Shown: positions 26,133 through 29,297 of the stretch, one piece after another
Numbering within the stretch: the first letter of the stretch is position 1
Layout: each line of letters opens with the position of its first letter
IMG/VR virus record: IMGVR_UViG_3300031519_004115
Coordinates: 1 to 29,297 of that record
Direction: 5' to 3' (one strand)
Source of the DNA: a virus
Lineage: Duplodnaviria > Caudoviricetes
Length of the DNA stretch: 29,297 nucleotides
Notes under the pieces: model-generated
Told to the model about the DNA's origin: nothing
The model's input: only the letters and a program-made list of their open reading frames with translations
The model's database searches: none
Made by a program: the position numbers and the translations under genes

Positions 26133-26375
26133 ATGACCGAATTTCATCAAGGAATCTTTGAATTCCTTAAACGAGTCATCGCAGGAAGTAGTGTAGGACT
26201 AGCAGTAGTATATACCCTTGGACACATAGTAATTGCAATGACAGTTGTAAGTCTTATGACCGGAGCAAGTATATGGGAAGCCGGAGCAGTTGCATTAGTA
26301 GAACCTAGTATCAACGGGGTATGGTTTTATATATTACATTCAATATGGAAAAAAATTAACAAATCAAAGGCATAA
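26133..26375 (+). CDS. small membrane protein, DUF2061-like
   Basis: Hydrophobic YTLGHIVIAMTVVSLMTG...AGAVALVEPSINGVWFYILHSIW; ATG 26133 preferred (track start 26085). Confidence 0.65.
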   Translation: MTEFHQGIFEFLKRVIAGSSVGLAVVYTLGHIVIAMTVVSLMTGASIWEAGAVALVEPSINGVWFYILHSIWKKINKSKA

Positions 26376-26384
26376 TTAAAAAGT

Positions 26385-27824
26385 ATGGCAACTAGACAGA
26401 ATACAGATTACGGGCACGATATACAACGAGTATATCTTGAAATGATGATGACAGATGCTGAGAGCTTTGTGCGCTGTCAGGCAGTGTTTGATCCAATGGC
26501 ATTTGATAGACGTTTGCAGGAACCTGCAAAGTTTCTTAATGAGTATGTGACTGAGCATAATGCACTACCTACATTTGACATGATTAACGCAGCAGCGCAT
26601 AGTGATCTAAAACACCCAGGTGAGTTGCAAGAGACACACTATGATTGGTTGCTTTCAGAGTTTGAAACATTTAGTAGACATAAGGCATTAGAGAGTGCTA
26701 TCTTACAAAGTGCAGACTTGCTTGAGAAAGGTGAGTATGGACCAGTAGAAGATCTAGTTAAGAAGGCTGTGCAAATTGGTCTACAAAAAGACTTGGGTAC
26801 AGATTACTTTAAAGATCCAAGAGCTAGACTTGAAAGCATTAAGAGCAGTAACGGACAAGTAAGCACAGGCTGGTCCGCTATCGATAAGAAACTATTTGGT
26901 GGCTTTAACAGAGGCGAACTGAATATCTTTGCAGGTGGTTCGGGTGCAGGTAAGAGTTTGTTCTTGGCTAACCTAGGAGTTAACTGGGCACTAGCAGGTA
27001 TGAACGTATTGTACTTGACACTAGAGCTTAGTGAAAGTCTTGTTAGTATGCGTGTTGACAGTATGATAACTGGTATTCCAAGTCGAGATGTGTTTAAGAG
27101 CATTGACGATGTTGAAATGAAAGTTAAGATGATTGGCAAGAAGGCAGGCGCATTCCAAGTTAAGTATATGCCAAGTGGCAAAACACCTAATGATGTACGT
27201 AGCTATATTAAAGAATTAGAAATTAAAACAGGACGCAAAGTAGACGTACTGTTAATTGACTACTTAGATTTGCTTATGCCCAACGGTGCAAAGATTAGTG
27301 CAGAGAACTTGTACATCAAAGACAAGTACGTATCAGAAGAGTTGCGTAACTTAGCAATGGAATTGAACTGTGTGTTTGTTACAGCGGCACAGTTGAACCG
27401 TGGCGCTGTTGAAGAGATTGAATTTGATCACTCGCACATATCAGGTGGACTTAGTAAGATACAAACAGCAGACAACGTGTTTGGTATCTTTACAAGTAGA
27501 GCAATGCGTGAACGTGGACGCTATCAGTTACAGCTAATGAAGACACGTAACTCAGGCGGCGTAGGACAAAAAATTGACCTAGCGTTTGATATAGATACAC
27601 TTCGAATATCTGATTGTGATGACGACGACGATGGCGACAATTACTCTAATAGTTCAGGTAATTCAAGTAGCAGTAGTATAATGGATAAAATTAAACGCGG
27701 AGCAGAATCGCAACCACAACAACGTGAAGATCCAAGCGAAGGTAACGGGCTTGGCAAAATACGTGCTGAAACAGACTCAACAAAGTTGAAAAACTTTATT
27801 AATAATTTAGGCAGTGATGAATGA
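26385..27824 (+). CDS. dnaB: replicative DnaB-like helicase (T4 gp41-like)
   Basis: VSTGW, Walker A GGSGAGKS, LTLELSE, LIDYLDL, TAAQLNR, QTADNV, LMKTRN. Confidence 0.93.
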   Translation: MATRQNTDYGHDIQRVYLEMMMTDAESFVRCQAVFDPMAFDRRLQEPAKFLNEYVTEHNALPTFDMINAAAHSDLKHPGELQETHYDWLLSEFETFSRHKALESAILQSADLLEKGEYGPVEDLVKKAVQIGLQKDLGTDYFKDPRARLESIKSSNGQVSTGWSAIDKKLFGGFNRGELNIFAGGSGAGKSLFLANLGVNWALAGMNVLYLTLELSESLVSMRVDSMITGIPSRDVFKSIDDVEMKVKMIGKKAGAFQVKYMPSGKTPNDVRSYIKELEIKTGRKVDVLLIDYLDLLMPNGAKISAENLYIKDKYVSEELRNLAMELNCVFVTAAQLNRGAVEEIEFDHSHISGGLSKIQTADNVFGIFTSRAMRERGRYQLQLMKTRNSGGVGQKIDLAFDIDTLRISDCDDDDDGDNYSNSSGNSSSSSIMDKIKRGAESQPQQREDPSEGNGLGKIRAETDSTKLKNFINNLGSDE

Positions 27825-28147
27825 AGTACTTCTTAGGGTCGTGTGAATACAAGTGGACACATGTAGATACACGCACGGAACTTATTTGGATACGCAGAGA
27901 ACTAGGTGACGAACTGTTCGAACAATGTAATCAAGATGGATTTAACTTAGTCTATAATCATAGCCCTAGTCTTTATCTTCCTGATGACATATATTGTCTT
28001 TGCAAAATATACGTAGAAATTACTGATACTAAAAACGGTATGCTGTTTGTATTAAAGAATGAAATTAAAAATGACTATGATCAATTAGAGAGATTCTACT
28101 ATGATCAATTAGAGAGAGTTGATGGTGTTCGCAGAAGATCGTTTTGA
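27821..28147 (+). CDS. hypothetical protein
   Basis: 108-aa ORF, ATGA-coupled to the helicase stop. Confidence 0.7.
   Translation: MKYFLGSCEYKWTHVDTRTELIWIRRELGDELFEQCNQDGFNLVYNHSPSLYLPDDIYCLCKIYVEITDTKNGMLFVLKNEIKNDYDQLERFYYDQLERVDGVRRRSF
28074..28117 (+). repeat. 20-bp direct repeat with 24-bp period (ACTATGATCAATTAGAGAGA x2)
   Basis: Copies at 28074-28093 and 28098-28117; encodes YDQLER twice. Confidence 0.9.
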
Positions 28148-28158
28148 AAACCATCTTA

Positions 28159-29109
28159 TTAAGCCAGTCTGAAAGGCCATCTTACTCTAACCGATCCGTG
28201 TACAGCATTGCGTATGTGTGTATGCGTAGCTTCGCCTCTGCCGTGAAACAATTGAACGTTTGCTACAATTAATGTATTTGCCTCAACAGTCATTGGGCTA
28301 ACGTGGATGCTCATCTGAGCAAGTTCAGCATCAGTGGCTCGCAAACTGCCTTCTATATGTCCACGTAGTTTAGACTTATCCCAACGCCCTGTACAAAGTT
28401 CTTGAGTTTGTTTATGATACCAATTCCAAAAGTTTGCATCGTACTTCGGCGCACTTGTTTGGAGTCTAAAAGGACCGTCACCTAATTCTACCTTATCAGG
28501 AAAGTACCACCACTTGACCGCAGGGAAAAATATATCACTATGTATATCCTTCTGTTCGTCATTGTCACTAGGTGTATTTTGAACACGCTGTATAAATGTA
28601 TTTTGATTGTATAGTGCTGTAGTTTCGGGATTGTCTAGGCCAATGCAGTCTGTAATAATCTTTTTCATGTCACTGTTATTAACTAGATAATCTATTCCAG
28701 GATTTGCTTTACTTTCCATCTGACAGTTATTAAAGTTTTGTTTATTAACACACACTGGGTATTGCATACACTCTTGCTGTACTAGAGTATGCATGTCATT
28801 AGATAAAAAGTTGTTAACTGCTATGTGTCCGTTGTTTATAAAGTCTTTACGTTTAGCTCTATGCTGTGCGGCATATGTACTAAAGGCATATCTAAAAAGA
28901 TGTAAACCTCGATTGGTTAAATCTAAATTACTAAACAATGGATTCTTTTTAAACTTCTTGACATTGGTATAAACAACATCAGGAACGTCTCCGCCCATTA
29001 TTAATCTAGCCGCATCAAGAACGTGCTTATTAAAGTTTTCTTTATCTTCAATAGCATTCATTTCAATTGTTTTTAATTTTGGGTTATTTAAATAATCACT
29101 TACTAACAT
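28159..29109 (-). CDS. PhyH-like 2OG-Fe(II) dioxygenase
   Basis: DIHSDIF (HxD), VKWWYF..V...DGPF, ANTLIVANVQLFHGRG; ATG 29109 follows minus-strand TAAATA-N5 (track start 29181). Confidence 0.78.
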   Translation of the reverse strand: MLVSDYLNNPKLKTIEMNAIEDKENFNKHVLDAARLIMGGDVPDVVYTNVKKFKKNPLFSNLDLTNRGLHLFRYAFSTYAAQHRAKRKDFINNGHIAVNNFLSNDMHTLVQQECMQYPVCVNKQNFNNCQMESKANPGIDYLVNNSDMKKIITDCIGLDNPETTALYNQNTFIQRVQNTPSDNDEQKDIHSDIFFPAVKWWYFPDKVELGDGPFRLQTSAPKYDANFWNWYHKQTQELCTGRWDKSKLRGHIEGSLRATDAELAQMSIHVSPMTVEANTLIVANVQLFHGRGEATHTHIRNAVHGSVRVRWPFRLA

Positions 29110-29114
29110 AAAAA

Positions 29115-29144
29115 TATTTAGCCTATCAAGTACATATATAAATA
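29115..29144. promoter_or_regulatory. back-to-back TAAATA boxes driving divergent genes
   Basis: Minus strand TAAATA(29120-29115)-ttttt-ATG(29109); plus strand TAAATA(29139-29144)-tgaat-ATG(29150). Confidence 0.6.
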
Positions 29145-29149
29145 TGAAT

Positions 29150-29297
29150 ATGGAAATTGCAATACGAGGTGCCCTGGGCACACAACTATTTGAATACCTA
29201 TGCGGATTAGATTTTGCCCAGGGCGCAGGTCAAACAGTTGAGAAAATAACAATTAGTACAGGCGGAAAAGTTGTTGCTCCTGTGAAAGTAGACTGGC
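29150..29297 (+). CDS. 5' part of a possible GT11 (alpha-1,2-fucosyltransferase-like) glycosyltransferase, runs off window (not in ORF track)
   Basis: MEIAIRGALGTQLFEYLCG... open to window end; resembles the GT11 N-terminal GGLGNQLFQY motif. Confidence 0.5.
   Translation, partial: MEIAIRGALGTQLFEYLCGLDFAQGAGQTVEKITISTGGKVVAPVKVDW

Noticed and set aside
760-27181. Numerous short antisense or out-of-frame ORFs in the track (e.g. 760-1248, 4217-4621, 18276-18668, 20114-20464, 26804-27181)
   Set aside because: They lie wholly over well-supported genes, lack motifs and RBS, and are expected shadows
341-27824. Inteins or introns in terL, uvsX, uvsW or helicase
   Set aside because: Lengths are ordinary and conserved motifs are contiguous
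29084-29095. Palindrome TTATTTAAATAA containing two opposed TAAATA boxes
   Set aside because: Inside a coding region, pure A/T, and neither box is followed by an N5-ATG
1-29297. tRNA, rRNA, CRISPR array, IS/integrase, stop-codon reassignment
   Set aside because: Intergenic gaps are under about 150 bp with no cloverleaf or repeat-spacer pattern; no transposase motifs; TAA, TAG and TGA all end full-length genes

Overview
A gene-dense, AT-rich 29.3-kb segment of a large T4-superfamily (jumbo-type myovirus) dsDNA phage genome, read in the standard genetic code. Core genes are terminase large subunit, gp32-type SSB, UvsX, UvsY, UvsW, a probable clamp-loader small subunit, a 186-aa minimal DnaE/PolIII-alpha-like catalytic core, primase and a DnaB/gp41 helicase. 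Interleaved with them is a large glycan-building toolkit: KdsA and KdsB (CMP-Kdo synthesis), four paralogous KpsS/KpsC (GT107)-like GT-B domains, three GT-A domains, a cytidylyltransferase-cupin fusion, a second cupin, a sulfotransferase, two SAM methyltransferases, two 2OG-Fe(II) oxygenases, and a GT11-like gene starting at the right edge. There is also a YhhQ preQ0/preQ1 transporter with a histone-H1-like tail. Six genes start exactly 5 nt after a T4-late-like TAAATA box, and two start 6 nt after a consensus sigma70 -10 box, implying leaderless mRNAs. Several glycan genes sit behind TAAATA boxes, which hints at late-expressed (virion or host-surface) Kdo-containing glycan synthesis. The uvsY coding sequence is tiled with stem-loops. 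No tRNA, rRNA, CRISPR array or mobile element was seen. All functional calls come from motifs recognised by eye; no searches were run.
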